From assembly GCA_050747785.1 (NCBI GenBank), contig JBOGJF010000484.1, forward strand, positions 1-28,410: a stretch of 28,410 nucleotides of DNA. The letters run 5' to 3'. Both the position numbers and the translations under genes were made by a program. Origin of the DNA: Vicinamibacteria bacterium. GTDB taxonomy: Bacteria; Acidobacteriota; Vicinamibacteria; Marinacidobacterales; DATDRI01. Positions 1 through 8,842 of this stretch are shown here, one piece after another. Below the pieces are notes generated by a model. That model did not search any database. It saw only the letters and a program-made list of their open reading frames with translations, and was not told the origin of the DNA. Position 1 is the stretch's first letter, and each line of letters opens with the position of its first letter.

Positions 1-514
1 CGTCTCCCCCCGCCAGCCCCTTCGCGGTCCTCAGATTGACGACCTGGAGGAACTTCTTCATCCGCTCGGTTGCTTCGGCCTCCGAGTTGGCGACAATCTT
101 GAAGGCGGCCGCGAGGCCGCCGAGCGCCCCGATCAGGATGCCGATCGGATTGGGGGCGAGAGAGACGACGCTGGCGAAAACGGTAAGACCAGACGTCATC
201 GCTTGGATGCCAGCCTGAAAGGCTTTTGAACCCCCCTGCACAGAAGAGCCAAGCTGGGACATGAGGAGTTGAAGCCCGATCATGCGCTGGGTGAATCGGG
301 CCAGTTTGGCGGTGAGCTGGAGTTGACTCCGGTCAATGGCACCGAAGCCGCCGGTGATTTTCTCTCCAGCCTTCTCAACGCCGGTGGCCGCGCCTTGGAC
401 GCCCTTGCCGAATTCGTTGAGCGTCGCCTTCGCCTGGGCGAAGCCCTTCTGCAGGCTCTCGACTTGAGCCTTGAGCTCTACGAGGATAGAACCGGCAGAA
501 GTTTCTTCAGGCAC
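1..514 (-). CDS. Tape measure protein, N-terminal part (runs off the window)
   Basis: Not in the ORF track. GTG at 514 follows GGAGG; the frame is open to the window edge: MPEETSAGSILVELKAQVESLQKGFAQAKATLNEFGKG... It is Ala/Gly-rich and helical, and lies downstream of the tail chaperones. Confidence 0.85.
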   Translation of the reverse strand, partial: MPEETSAGSILVELKAQVESLQKGFAQAKATLNEFGKGVQGAATGVEKAGEKITGGFGAIDRSQLQLTAKLARFTQRMIGLQLLMSQLGSSVQGGSKAFQAGIQAMTSGLTVFASVVSLAPNPIGILIGALGGLAAAFKIVANSEAEATERMKKFLQVVNLRTAKGLAGGD

Positions 515-547
515 GGTAGTCCTCCCCGCGCCTGAGAATTGAGGGCG

Positions 548-919
548 CTAGTTCGAAACGTACCAGTCCGTTACGAGGTGTGTCTGTTTGCTGATTGTCA
601 GGGACGTGTATCGGAAGTGTACGCTCCGGTAATCCAGGGCACAGAAGCACTCGCGGATGTAAATCTCCGGGGTCTCCCGAAACTTTCTTGTGTGGTGGTA
701 CCTTGCCCCAAGGTGATTTGAGTGAAAGTTGTCGAAATAAAAGCTGACTTGCTCCTGCGTCATTCCACGCCAGAAGATCCCATCGAACAGCGCCTCTACT
801 TCCCCTCGCTTCCAGTTTGGATGCTCTTCGGCGATCTTGCTGATGTTCTCCTCTCGCGTCCAGAACTTGCAGGAGGAAAGACCGGCCAGGATCCCGACCG
901 CGACGAGAAGGCAGCGCAT
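548..919 (-). CDS. Predicted lipoprotein (moron-like)
   Basis: ATG at 919 follows GAGG. MRCLLVAVGILAGLSSC is a signal peptide with lipobox; GMTQEQV recalls SmpA/BamE-like folds. Visibly more AT-rich than its flanks. Confidence 0.75.
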   Translation of the reverse strand: MRCLLVAVGILAGLSSCKFWTREENISKIAEEHPNWKRGEVEALFDGIFWRGMTQEQVSFYFDNFHSNHLGARYHHTRKFRETPEIYIRECFCALDYRSVHFRYTSLTISKQTHLVTDWYVSN

Positions 920-985
920 TCGTAACCTCGCAACAGTCAAGGTTACAGTACGCCGCAAAGTTCAAAATTTCCAGGGCAAGGCGAA

Positions 986-1402
986 TCATTTTCGACCACC
1001 CTTCCGCCGCGCCACGATCCCGAGCTGTCCGAACCCCTCCCGGATCGCCTCGGCCGCCTCCCGCCGCTTGGCCGCACGCCCGTCCGGAGCCGCCTGGCTC
1101 CGCGCGTGATTCCGCACCTGGTCGAGCCAGCCCGTGAAGACCTTGCCTGTCTCGGGCGCGAAGATGCTGCCCACCGCCGCACGGAAGGTCAGGTACCGCG
1201 CCTCCGCCTGGTCGGCCTCGATCGTCATCGCTACAGGCACCATTCGCTTGATCAGCTCCGCGCTCCAGACTCCCTCGAACGCCAGGAGCTCGCCCATGGT
1301 CGCGAGCCCCGTCCTGCACAGAAGGCCCAGGGCCTCCTCGATCAGGAACTCTTTCCGTTCGCCCCTGAAGTCGGCCTGAACCTTCTCCAGAGGCTCGCCG
1401 CT
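986..1402 (-). CDS. Tail assembly chaperone, -1 frameshift extension (gpT-like)
   Basis: The frame is open from the A8 slippery run (1402-1409) to the stop at 986: SGEPLEKVQADFRGERKEFLIEEALGLLCRTGLATMGELLAFEG... Confidence 0.8.
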   Translation of the reverse strand, partial: SGEPLEKVQADFRGERKEFLIEEALGLLCRTGLATMGELLAFEGVWSAELIKRMVPVAMTIEADQAEARYLTFRAAVGSIFAPETGKVFTGWLDQVRNHARSQAAPDGRAAKRREAAEAIREGFGQLGIVARRKGGRK

Positions 1403-1755
1403 TTTTTTTGCAGGCCCTCCGTCAGGTTGAGCTCGACCACCGCCTCGAGGAGGGTGAGGACGTCCTCGAGGGGCAGCTCTTCGGTCACCTTCTCAGCGTC
1501 CTCGGGGCGCACGGAGAGCCGGATCAAATCGACGATACGGCCCCCGAGGAGTTCCACCGCCCGGCGGGCGACGTCGAGCGTCTTCTTGCCCGCGAAGTCC
1601 GCCAGGTTCCCCCCGGAGTCGTCGCCCAGGAGCTCCCCCAGGCGCTTGAAGATCGCCATGGACTTCGCCCACGACCACCGCTGGACGACGACCTGGTCGC
1701 CGTCGACCAGCGGGACGATCTTGTCGCGCATTGCCAGGGCCGCCGTTTCCGCCAT
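1342..1755 (-). CDS. Tail assembly chaperone (gpG-like)
   Basis: AAGGAG RBS; 137 aa; lies between tail tube and tape measure; CAA AAA AAA G near the 3' end. Confidence 0.85.
   Translation of the reverse strand: MAETAALAMRDKIVPLVDGDQVVVQRWSWAKSMAIFKRLGELLGDDSGGNLADFAGKKTLDVARRAVELLGGRIVDLIRLSVRPEDAEKVTEELPLEDVLTLLEAVVELNLTEGLQKKAASLWRRFRPTSGANGKSS
1372..1410 (-). promoter_or_regulatory. Programmed -1 ribosomal frameshift site (A AAA AAA plus 3' stem-loop)
   Basis: A run of 8 A in GC-rich DNA, followed by CGGC-GAGCCT...AGGTTC-A-GGCCG, which can pair. Confidence 0.8.
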
Positions 1756-1847
1756 CGCCGTCTCCTTCCGTACCTCTCAGAACCGCCACAATCGCCCCAG
1801 GACGCGTCGGGAGGCTTCCGGACTCCCCGGGAGATCATCCCATGGCT

Positions 1848-1881
1848 CTAGCTCGAGCCCTGAGGCAACGGCTCGAGCCAG
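1848..1881 (-). terminator. Stem-loop downstream of the tail tube gene
   Basis: 12-bp stem CTGGCTCGAGCC / GGCTCGAGCTAG with one G-U pair. There is no U tract, so it may be a stabiliser rather than a terminator. Confidence 0.45.
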
Positions 1882-1889
1882 GGAACGCC

Positions 1890-2690
1890 CTAATCGAGCT
1901 CGCCCTCGTCCACCACGAAGCCCTCGCCGAGCGCGCCGCTCGATCCGCCGAGGGCCTCGAGGCGCATGGGCACGGCCTGCCAGGCGTCGCCGTTCCCGAA
2001 CTGGAGGGCTCCGTTCACCTTGAGGACCGCGCTCGGGATCTGGTAGACCTGCTTCGTCCCGCCGTTCCCCAGGACCTGGAACTGCGCCTCGATCTCGATC
2101 TCGAGGCCGGGGAAGAGCTGGAAGGTCTGCCCGTCGACCGCCTTCTCGAAGAAGATGTGGACCTCGGGGACGACGTCCTCGTCGGCGAGGGCCCCACCGC
2201 CCAGGATCGTGAGCTCACCGGCGGCCAGGTTCTCGGTGTAGTCCACGCCCTCGGTGTAGGTGACCTCGGAGCCGTCGAGGGCCCCGGAGCGGACGATGAC
2301 GTTCTTGACGTCCGGCTTCCCGAGCTCGATCACGAGGCCGTCGCCTGGGTTGGCGTAGAAGGCCGAGTCCTTCACGTCCTTCGAGCCGACCTCCGGGTCC
2401 TCGGTGTCCCCGAAGGCGTACTGGAGGTTGTGGAGGTTCACCTCTTCGAGGCGGAAGTTGATCCCGAGCTTCCGCTCGGTGATGATCTCCCGGTCCTTCA
2501 CCCGAGCGCCGCGCCGGTTGGAGAAGTGCTCGAGGCGCGTGTCCGTCGGGTCGAACTCGACGTCCATGACGGAGCCGACCTCGCGCCAGTCGGCCGGATC
2601 GGTCGAGCCCTTGTTCCGGAGCCACAGGCTCGCGCCCTCCACGACCAGGAGGTTGCGGGGGTCGGAAGATCTGACGTTCTCGTCGGCCAT
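1890..2690 (-). CDS. Major tail tube protein
   Basis: GAGGAGG RBS; acidic, beta-rich 266 aa with WREVGSV..VEF, LEHFSNRRGARVKD and LEEVNLHNL; lies after the tail terminator. Confidence 0.85.
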   Translation of the reverse strand: MADENVRSSDPRNLLVVEGASLWLRNKGSTDPADWREVGSVMDVEFDPTDTRLEHFSNRRGARVKDREIITERKLGINFRLEEVNLHNLQYAFGDTEDPEVGSKDVKDSAFYANPGDGLVIELGKPDVKNVIVRSGALDGSEVTYTEGVDYTENLAAGELTILGGGALADEDVVPEVHIFFEKAVDGQTFQLFPGLEIEIEAQFQVLGNGGTKQVYQIPSAVLKVNGALQFGNGDAWQAVPMRLEALGGSSGALGEGFVVDEGELD

Positions 2691-2705
2691 CGGGTGTCCT
2701 CCTCG

Positions 2706-3212
2706 TTACAGGTTGAGCGCGATATAGAAAAACCGGACGGTGGCTTGCGCGAAGCTGCGGTCGTCGCCCTGGCGCTGGAAGGCGGTCGGCCGCTGGGAGA
2801 GGAGCGCCGCCTTGCAGACGAACCCCCCCATCCGCTTGCCGGCGGCCCGGTCCAGGACCGCCTGGACGAGCTCCTCGAGGAGCGCCTTCGACTTCTCGAA
2901 GGCGCCGGCGGACCGGAGGACGAACTGGAGGCTGGTCTCGTGCTTCACCCAGCGACTCGAGGACGGCCGGATCCCGGGGCCCGCGTTCGTGTAGACGGCC
3001 AGCGTCGGCTCCTTGGTCGGGTCGTAGGCGAAGTCGTCCTGTGCAGACGTCTGCGCGATCGCCTGGGCCTCGGGCATGAAGTTGACGAAGAAGTGCCGGC
3101 CCGAGGTGAGGGGCAGACTCGAGAGGGAGACGTCGGAGAAGCGGAAGAAGGACCCGAGCCAGGCGAGGAGCGCGCCCTCGAACCCGCGGAGCTCGACGGC
3201 GTTCGAGCTCAT
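2706..3212 (-). CDS. Tail terminator / tail completion protein
   Basis: 168 aa; position in the neck module; LQFVLRS...KALLEEL helix; ATGA overlap with the upstream gene. Confidence 0.65.
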   Translation of the reverse strand: MSSNAVELRGFEGALLAWLGSFFRFSDVSLSSLPLTSGRHFFVNFMPEAQAIAQTSAQDDFAYDPTKEPTLAVYTNAGPGIRPSSSRWVKHETSLQFVLRSAGAFEKSKALLEELVQAVLDRAAGKRMGGFVCKAALLSQRPTAFQRQGDDRSFAQATVRFFYIALNL

Positions 3213-3832
3213 GCGTCACCCCCGCCTAGGACGCCCGCCACCCGCTCGGCGATCCGGCGTGGAATGTCCGGCGTCGCCTCCTTGATCGGCCTGGTGAAGA
3301 ACTGGGACCCCTTCTGCTCGACGCGGTCGACCAGGAGCCAGCGGAACTCGAGGCGGGTGTTCCCTTTGCCTCTCGCCCCGACGAAGTGGGCGAGGAAGAG
3401 ATGGCCCCAGAGCCGGAGGACGAACATGCCGTTCGGGGCGCCCGTGTCCTCCCGCGGGCTCGCGTACCGAGGAACGCCGCGCGCCGTCAGGACCGGGTCG
3501 AGGGGGATGGCCAGGAGCCGGGCGTTCTTGGGGACGATGGGCCCGCCCTGGTCGCGCTGGCGGGCGTACCGCTTGTTGAAGCCCCAGCGCACCGAGATCT
3601 CCTCGCCGGTGATGACGGGCTCCTCGACCACACCGCTCCTCGACAGGTCGCCGGAGCGCGTCTGCGGCTCGAGACGCTGCTGGGACTCCTGGAGGGTGTC
3701 GTTCGCGATCTCCACGATCGCCTTCGTGGTGACCCGGAGGATCCGGTCGAACGTCGCATCGAGCTTCTGGCCGATGGCTTGCACGCCCTTCTGGACGGAG
3801 CCCACGTTCATGGAGATGAAGGGCTGCGTCAT
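3209..3832 (-). CDS. HK97 gp10-like neck / tail completion protein
   Basis: P..SGDLSRS, GFNKRYARQRDQGG.I.PKNA..LAIP and FFTRP motifs; synteny. Confidence 0.75.
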   Translation of the reverse strand: MTQPFISMNVGSVQKGVQAIGQKLDATFDRILRVTTKAIVEIANDTLQESQQRLEPQTRSGDLSRSGVVEEPVITGEEISVRWGFNKRYARQRDQGGPIVPKNARLLAIPLDPVLTARGVPRYASPREDTGAPNGMFVLRLWGHLFLAHFVGARGKGNTRLEFRWLLVDRVEQKGSQFFTRPIKEATPDIPRRIAERVAGVLGGGDA

Positions 3833-4212
3833 CCTTCAACCTCCTCGTCGTGCGGGACGGGGTCGACCGTCGACTGCAGGCCCGCGCGCGCGTAGGTGTT
3901 GGGCCCGAAAAGCTGCCGGAGCTCCTCGAGGTCGAGGACCTTCCAGGCCTCGCCGTTCCGGTCGACGACGATGTCGTCCTTCCGGACGGTTGAGCCGTCC
4001 TTCTGCCGGAAGACCATGGCGGCGTCGCTCTGGAGCTCGACGCCCTGATTCGTGAAGATCCGCCGGCCCTTCCTCTCGATCCTGCACCGGACGCGGACAG
4101 GGTACTGAGCCTCGTCGACGACGATCTCGTAATCGGTCGAGCCGTCGACCTGGCGCGTCGCGGCTTTGGGCCGTCGCAGGGTCACAGTCTCTCTGTACAG
4201 GCTCTCGATCAT
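3829..4212 (-). CDS. Head closure (stopper) protein
   Basis: ATG at 4212 overlaps the upstream stop (ATGA). MIESLYRETVTLRR...VRCRIE...DDIVVDRNGEAWKV; beta-rich, 127 aa. Confidence 0.7.
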   Translation of the reverse strand: MIESLYRETVTLRRPKAATRQVDGSTDYEIVVDEAQYPVRVRCRIERKGRRIFTNQGVELQSDAAMVFRQKDGSTVRKDDIVVDRNGEAWKVLDLEELRQLFGPNTYARAGLQSTVDPVPHDEEVEG

Positions 4213-4748
4213 CCGAAGAAGGTCTCCGTTTCGTCGCCGCCCTCGACGTAGGGCCGGTTCGCCACGTCCGTGCCCACGCGGTTCTTCAAGCGGTCGAGCT
4301 CGCGCCGGGCGCCGGCGGGGAGCTCCGACTCGTCCTTCTCGAAAGTCGACGACTGGCCGAGCATGGAGGTTGAGGTCACGCCCTCGGCCTGCAGGTCCTT
4401 GAGCGCCTTCCGGGCGCCGTCCTCGTCCTGGAGGCGGAAGTCCACGTACTCGAGGAGGGCGCGCTTCAGGCCGTCGGGGATGACGCCGTTTCCCTCGTCG
4501 TCCTCGTCGATCGAGCGGGGGAAGGCTAGGCGCTGGTTCTCGTCGAGCGGGGCGCCCCATCCGCCGTAGCGGTCGATGAGACGCGTCCCGCGGATGAGGA
4601 GCCGAGCCTGGTCGTCCTCGTCGAGTTCGTCCCAGGCGTCGAAGCTCTCGAATTCGCTCATGCGCTCGTCGGCCTCCGTGAGCGTGAGATAGGAATTCGC
4701 GGCTTCGTCGCCGGGGATCGCGTTCAGGAAGTCGGGCTCTTCAGCCAT
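4209..4748 (-). CDS. Head-tail adaptor (DnaT-like family)
   Basis: ANSYLTLTEAD...LIRGTRLID...Q.LAFPR...IPDGLK.A pattern; directly after the major capsid gene. Confidence 0.8.
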   Translation of the reverse strand: MAEEPDFLNAIPGDEAANSYLTLTEADERMSEFESFDAWDELDEDDQARLLIRGTRLIDRYGGWGAPLDENQRLAFPRSIDEDDEGNGVIPDGLKRALLEYVDFRLQDEDGARKALKDLQAEGVTSTSMLGQSSTFEKDESELPAGARRELDRLKNRVGTDVANRPYVEGGDETETFFG

Positions 4749-4771
4749 TCATCTTCTCCAGGCTAAGGACT

Positions 4772-4801
4772 CCCGGGGGGCCCTTCAGTGGGCCCCCCGG
4801 G
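4772..4801 (-). terminator. Perfect 12-bp GC hairpin after the major capsid gene
   Basis: CCCGGGGGGCCC-6 nt loop-GGGCCCCCCGGG; no U tract. Confidence 0.6.
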
Positions 4802-4820
4802 GTGCGACCGGAGTTGGAAC

Positions 4821-5855
4821 TTACGCCGCCGTCACCGTGGCCTTCGCCAGGGCGCCCGGCTTCCGAATGATCGGGAGCAGGCGGTAGCCGGCGAAGAGCG
4901 TGAGGCCCGGCGGGTTGTCCTGCATGGTGGCGAAGCTGTACCGCCCGAGGACCTGCTTGAAGCCGGTCCTGGCGTCGTTGGGGATGAGCTCGCTGCCGTA
5001 CTGCAGGTACCCCCAGTCCTCCGACGGCGCCGGCGTGAAGACGGCCAGGTTCGCCGGGATGTAGGGGACTTCCGTGGACCCGTCGTCATCGATGAAGACG
5101 TGGTCGACCGGGAACCAGTCCAGGCCCATGAAGCGGCCGAGCGAGCCTTCCTCCATGGCGCGCTGGCCCGCCGCCGTCTGCGCCATGTACGTCTTGAAGG
5201 TGTCGTTCTGGAGCAGCCCGACCTGGATCTCGTCGGAGATGTACGCGCGCTTGAGGGCGTAGCCCGTCGCGCGGCGGACCGCGAGCTTGATCTTGCGGAC
5301 CGCATCGGGGATGTTGGTCGATTCGTCGAGCCAGTCACCGCAGTTGAGATCCGGGTTGGCTTCGTTGTGGGCGAAGATGTTGCCGGCGGGCATCCCGTAG
5401 TCGATGTCGTCGATCTCGAGGTCGTCCACCTTGACGCCCTCGATCTTCCCCTGGATGGCCGAGGAGATGAGGAACTCCTCCGTCCGGTCGAAGGCGCTCG
5501 CGAACTCGCGCTCCTCCCGGGCGATCTGCTGCTGGGCGGCCATCTGCTCGGCCTCGCTGCCCGGCTGCCGGATGTTCTGCCACATGGCGGCCTGGAGGTT
5601 CTTCGAGACGAAGATCCGTCCCAGGCGGGCGGTCTTCTGCTTGATCCCGTTCAGGGAAAGCGGCTTCGCCGGCGACCCGTTCCCCTGGAAGCCGAGCTTC
5701 CCGCGGGGCGTGGTCTCGATGTCCCAGGTGGCCGTTTCGCCGACCACCGAACGCGCCGGGAGGATGCCCGACGTCTTGAACACGAGCTGCTCGGGGAGGA
5801 ATTCCTGGATCATCCCCGTCAGCTTTTCCTGCCTGAGCAATTCCAGGTTGATCAT
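4821..5855 (-). CDS. Major capsid protein (lambda gpE-like family)
   Basis: 344 aa; DRTEEFLISSAIQGKI, IDYGMPA, W.D....I.D and YIPAN.AVF motifs; follows the decoration gene. Confidence 0.9.
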   Translation of the reverse strand: MINLELLRQEKLTGMIQEFLPEQLVFKTSGILPARSVVGETATWDIETTPRGKLGFQGNGSPAKPLSLNGIKQKTARLGRIFVSKNLQAAMWQNIRQPGSEAEQMAAQQQIAREEREFASAFDRTEEFLISSAIQGKIEGVKVDDLEIDDIDYGMPAGNIFAHNEANPDLNCGDWLDESTNIPDAVRKIKLAVRRATGYALKRAYISDEIQVGLLQNDTFKTYMAQTAAGQRAMEEGSLGRFMGLDWFPVDHVFIDDDGSTEVPYIPANLAVFTPAPSEDWGYLQYGSELIPNDARTGFKQVLGRYSFATMQDNPPGLTLFAGYRLLPIIRKPGALAKATVTAA

Positions 5856-5935
5856 TTCGGCCTCTCGACTTTCATTCCCCCAAAATCAGGGCGCCCGCCA
5901 CACGCGGGCGGCCTCACTTCACTCCAGGGCCGGGC

Positions 5936-6400
5936 TTACGTCGGGTCGGCCTCGAAGTAGCAGAGCGTCAGCGCCCCGACGATGTCGTCGCGGTACGCGG
6001 CGTCTACGAAGTTGACCAGGTCCTCGTCGATCCAGCCGCCGATGACGCCCGGCGCGCTCTGGTCCTTCACCGTCACGCCGTCCTTCGACAGCATGTTCAC
6101 GTCCTTGAGGAGGATCGCGGCGTGGAGGACCGAGGCGGCCGCGGGGGCGTCGGTGTGATCGGCCGGGACGTACTTCCCCTGCGTGGCGCCCGCCGCCTCG
6201 ACGCGGACAAGGACGATCCCCGCGCGGAGGGTCGTTTCCAGGCCGACGTTGCCGGCGTCCTCGGAGTCCTTCTCGATCACCATCCCGCGCACGAGGAACC
6301 AGTTCTCGTTCTTGAGGAAGGGGGTCCGGATCGGCTGGGTGACTTCCGGGCCCATCCCGGGAAGGGCGTCGCCGCCCAGGTGCTGGTTGAGTCCGCCCAT
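5936..6400 (-). CDS. Head decoration protein (lambda gpD-like)
   Basis: AAGGAGGAG RBS; TLRAG.VL....GKYVP....AAILLKDV; lies between scaffold and capsid. Confidence 0.75.
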   Translation of the reverse strand: MGGLNQHLGGDALPGMGPEVTQPIRTPFLKNENWFLVRGMVIEKDSEDAGNVGLETTLRAGIVLVRVEAAGATQGKYVPADHTDAPAAASVLHAAILLKDVNMLSKDGVTVKDQSAPGVIGGWIDEDLVNFVDAAYRDDIVGALTLCYFEADPT

Positions 6401-6484
6401 GGTTCACTCCTCCTTGAGAGGTTTCTTCAAGGCCCGGGGACCGCCCCGCGGGCCGCTATCTGAGCCGGGTCCGCGACAGGCGGA

Positions 6485-7120
6485 TCAGGCGGTCACCTTC
6501 TCCTTGCGCCCCTGGATCTCGCGGGCGAGCTTGCGGCCCTCCTCCTCGAGCTGGGCGGGGGTCTTGTCGCTCGGCTGGCCGTCGTCCGCCGGCGTCAGGC
6601 GCGAGAGCCTGAGGTCCGTGATCGACCGGATGTTCTTCAGGACCTCCTCCAGGGTGCCCACGACGTCGACCTCGGACGACGCCAGGCCCTTCCCGTCGGC
6701 CGAGAGCGCGAGCGCCTCGACCTTGTCCTTGAGCGCGAAGAGCTTCGAGAGCTTCTCCGCGATCGCCGGCGGGACCAGGCCGGCCTTCACGTAGGCGTCG
6801 GCCTTCGCCTTGGCGGCCGTGAGCTTGTCCTTGGCCCGGTCCAGCATGACCGCGTCGAGCTGCTCGCGCATCTGCCGCTCGCGCGGGGTCAGAGGGGCGT
6901 CGTCGTCGGACGCGGAGAGCTTGACGAGCTTCCCGTCTTTCAGCTCGAGGCCCGCGGCCTTCAGGTCCTCGGGCTTCACCGTGCTCAGGCCCTCGGCGGC
7001 CTTGACCTTGCCGAGCGCGTCCTTCCGCTCCTTTTCGCGTTCGGCGAGGGCGGAGAGGATTTTTTCGGCGTCCGTGTCCTCGGGCAGTCCGAGGGCGAGC
7101 GCCAGCTTCTTGGGGTCCAT
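6485..7120 (-). CDS. Nested scaffold protein (internal in-frame start)
   Basis: AGGAGG-GCACC-ATG at 7120 gives MDPKKLALALGLPED..., analogous to Mu gpZ. Confidence 0.65.
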   Translation of the reverse strand: MDPKKLALALGLPEDTDAEKILSALAEREKERKDALGKVKAAEGLSTVKPEDLKAAGLELKDGKLVKLSASDDDAPLTPRERQMREQLDAVMLDRAKDKLTAAKAKADAYVKAGLVPPAIAEKLSKLFALKDKVEALALSADGKGLASSEVDVVGTLEEVLKNIRSITDLRLSRLTPADDGQPSDKTPAQLEEEGRKLAREIQGRKEKVTA

Positions 7121-7687
7121 GGTGCCCTCCTGTGAAAGGTGCGTATCTCCCTCGGGCGACATGCCCGCGAGGTCTTTGGGGATGAGGAAGTCCTCGCCGC
7201 GGCCCTGGGCCTCGCGCGAGAACTCGAGGAACCGCTTCTGGCCGGTCACGACCGGGAAGCTCGTCGCGTCGATCGCCGTGATCGTCTCGCCGGGGTACTT
7301 CACGCCCCTGGAGTCGACCACGTCTTTCTCCATGACGACCGAGACGTCTGCGATCGAGCCGTCCCGCATCTTGGCCATGGCCTCCCGGTCCGTGGGCTCG
7401 ACCACGCCCACGAGCGTGTCCTTGTAGGCGATGAAGGGCCCGGTCCAATAGCCCATGTTCGCCTTCGCGTCGTTCCGGTGGCCGTCGCGGTAGGGGATCT
7501 TGTTGCCGTTGGCGAGGTATCGCTCGGTATTGGCGAGGAGTTCCGCCCGGCGCTCGGGGGTGACCAGGACCTGGCGTTCGGTCACGGGGTGGAACCAGTC
7601 GCCGTCCTTGATCACGTCCTTGGCGAACTTCCCCGTCCCGCCGGACTGGAACTTGTCGCCCCGGTAGAAGAGGACCTGCTTGCCCAT
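6485..7687 (-). CDS. Mu gpI-like prohead protease / scaffold fusion
   Basis: ATG at 7687 overlaps the upstream TAA, with an AAAGGAG RBS. The N-domain has GDWFHP, IPYRDGH, MGYW, VEPT, ADVS and AIDATSFP; the C-terminal half is coiled coil. Confidence 0.8.
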   Translation of the reverse strand: MGKQVLFYRGDKFQSGGTGKFAKDVIKDGDWFHPVTERQVLVTPERRAELLANTERYLANGNKIPYRDGHRNDAKANMGYWTGPFIAYKDTLVGVVEPTDREAMAKMRDGSIADVSVVMEKDVVDSRGVKYPGETITAIDATSFPVVTGQKRFLEFSREAQGRGEDFLIPKDLAGMSPEGDTHLSQEGTMDPKKLALALGLPEDTDAEKILSALAEREKERKDALGKVKAAEGLSTVKPEDLKAAGLELKDGKLVKLSASDDDAPLTPRERQMREQLDAVMLDRAKDKLTAAKAKADAYVKAGLVPPAIAEKLSKLFALKDKVEALALSADGKGLASSEVDVVGTLEEVLKNIRSITDLRLSRLTPADDGQPSDKTPAQLEEEGRKLAREIQGRKEKVTA

Positions 7688-8835
7688 TACGCGGCTCCTT
7701 TCTTGGGCGGGGGCTTCACGTCGGCGGCCCCCTTGGGCGCGATCTCCTCGAGCTTGCCCGCCTCGCGGAGGACCTCGACCAGCTCCCGGGCCTCCTTGGC
7801 CGAGACGGCGAAGGCCCCGCCGGGCAGCCGGTTGATGTCCTCGAGCGCGGCCTCGACGGCCGCCGGCGGTTTGGCCGCGACGACGAAGGGGGTGACGACG
7901 TGGGCGCAGTTTGGGTGCCAGGGCGGACCGCCGCTCGGGATCGTGTTCATGGACGGGAACCCGAGCGGATCCTCTCCGGGCCCGACGTAGAAGACCCGGC
8001 CGGCGTAGAGCGTGCACTCGTCCTCTTCGGTCTGCTGGTGCCTCGAGATGCGGACGTGGTTGATCTCGTTCTGCTGGAGGCGGGTGATCATCCCGACCCT
8101 GTGCGTCTCCGCGCCCATGGTGCGGGCGACGAGATTCGCGTAGACCCGGACGTCCATCGTCTTCTTCCCGACGGTGACGAGCTCGCGCCGCCCGAGCTGC
8201 TCGAAGAGAGCGACGTCGCCGGCGAAACCCGCCTGGCGCATCCGCTCGGCGGCCGCCGGCGAGACCTTCCCCGTCAGGATCGTGCGGGCGATGTCGTTGG
8301 CGACCTCGCGGTGAGTCTCGCCGCGGATGATTCCCCCGATGACGTGCTCGCGGATCTCCGCATCCTGGGAGAAGACGAGCTGGGTGCGGCGGACGACCAG
8401 GCCCGACTTGATCAGGATCTGCCGGTGGACGTCGGAGAGCCGATCGGTGAGCGCCGCCACCTGGGCCCGAAGCTGGAGCTGGTTGAGGGCCGTGAAGCCC
8501 GTCGAGGGCTCGCCCACGAGACCCCGGCGCTCGGGGGCCGCGGCCCCACGCGCTTGGTCGATGCCTCGCGCGGCCGCGTCGTCCCCCAGGTAGTAGAACT
8601 TGGGGAACTCGTCCTCGAGCCAGCGGCGGACGGCGTTTTGGCGGCGCGGATCCAGGCGCTGGGCCAGCTCCCGGATCCGGAGGAGGGTCTCCCGCGCGCG
8701 CGCGGCGCCCGGGCGGGTGATGCCCTGGGCCAGCTCCTGCAGGATCCGGTCGATGCTGCGGGCGTACTGTTCCTCGAGCGCCGCCACGTTTTCGGCGCTC
8801 GCGAGCAAGGACTGGAGCTCTCTCGATACAGACAT
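7687..8835 (-). CDS. Minor head morphogenesis protein (MuF / SPP1 gp7-like)
   Basis: YANLVART, C..YAGRVF and PPWHPNCAH motifs. Confidence 0.85.
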   Translation of the reverse strand: MSVSRELQSLLASAENVAALEEQYARSIDRILQELAQGITRPGAARARETLLRIRELAQRLDPRRQNAVRRWLEDEFPKFYYLGDDAAARGIDQARGAAAPERRGLVGEPSTGFTALNQLQLRAQVAALTDRLSDVHRQILIKSGLVVRRTQLVFSQDAEIREHVIGGIIRGETHREVANDIARTILTGKVSPAAAERMRQAGFAGDVALFEQLGRRELVTVGKKTMDVRVYANLVARTMGAETHRVGMITRLQQNEINHVRISRHQQTEEDECTLYAGRVFYVGPGEDPLGFPSMNTIPSGGPPWHPNCAHVVTPFVVAAKPPAAVEAALEDINRLPGGAFAVSAKEARELVEVLREAGKLEEIAPKGAADVKPPPKKGAA

Positions 8836-8842
8836 CCTGCCG

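Noticed and set aside
6401..6487. Read-through of the scaffold TGA into the in-frame decoration gene
   Set aside because: A second in-frame TGA lies just before the decoration ATG, which has its own strong SD.
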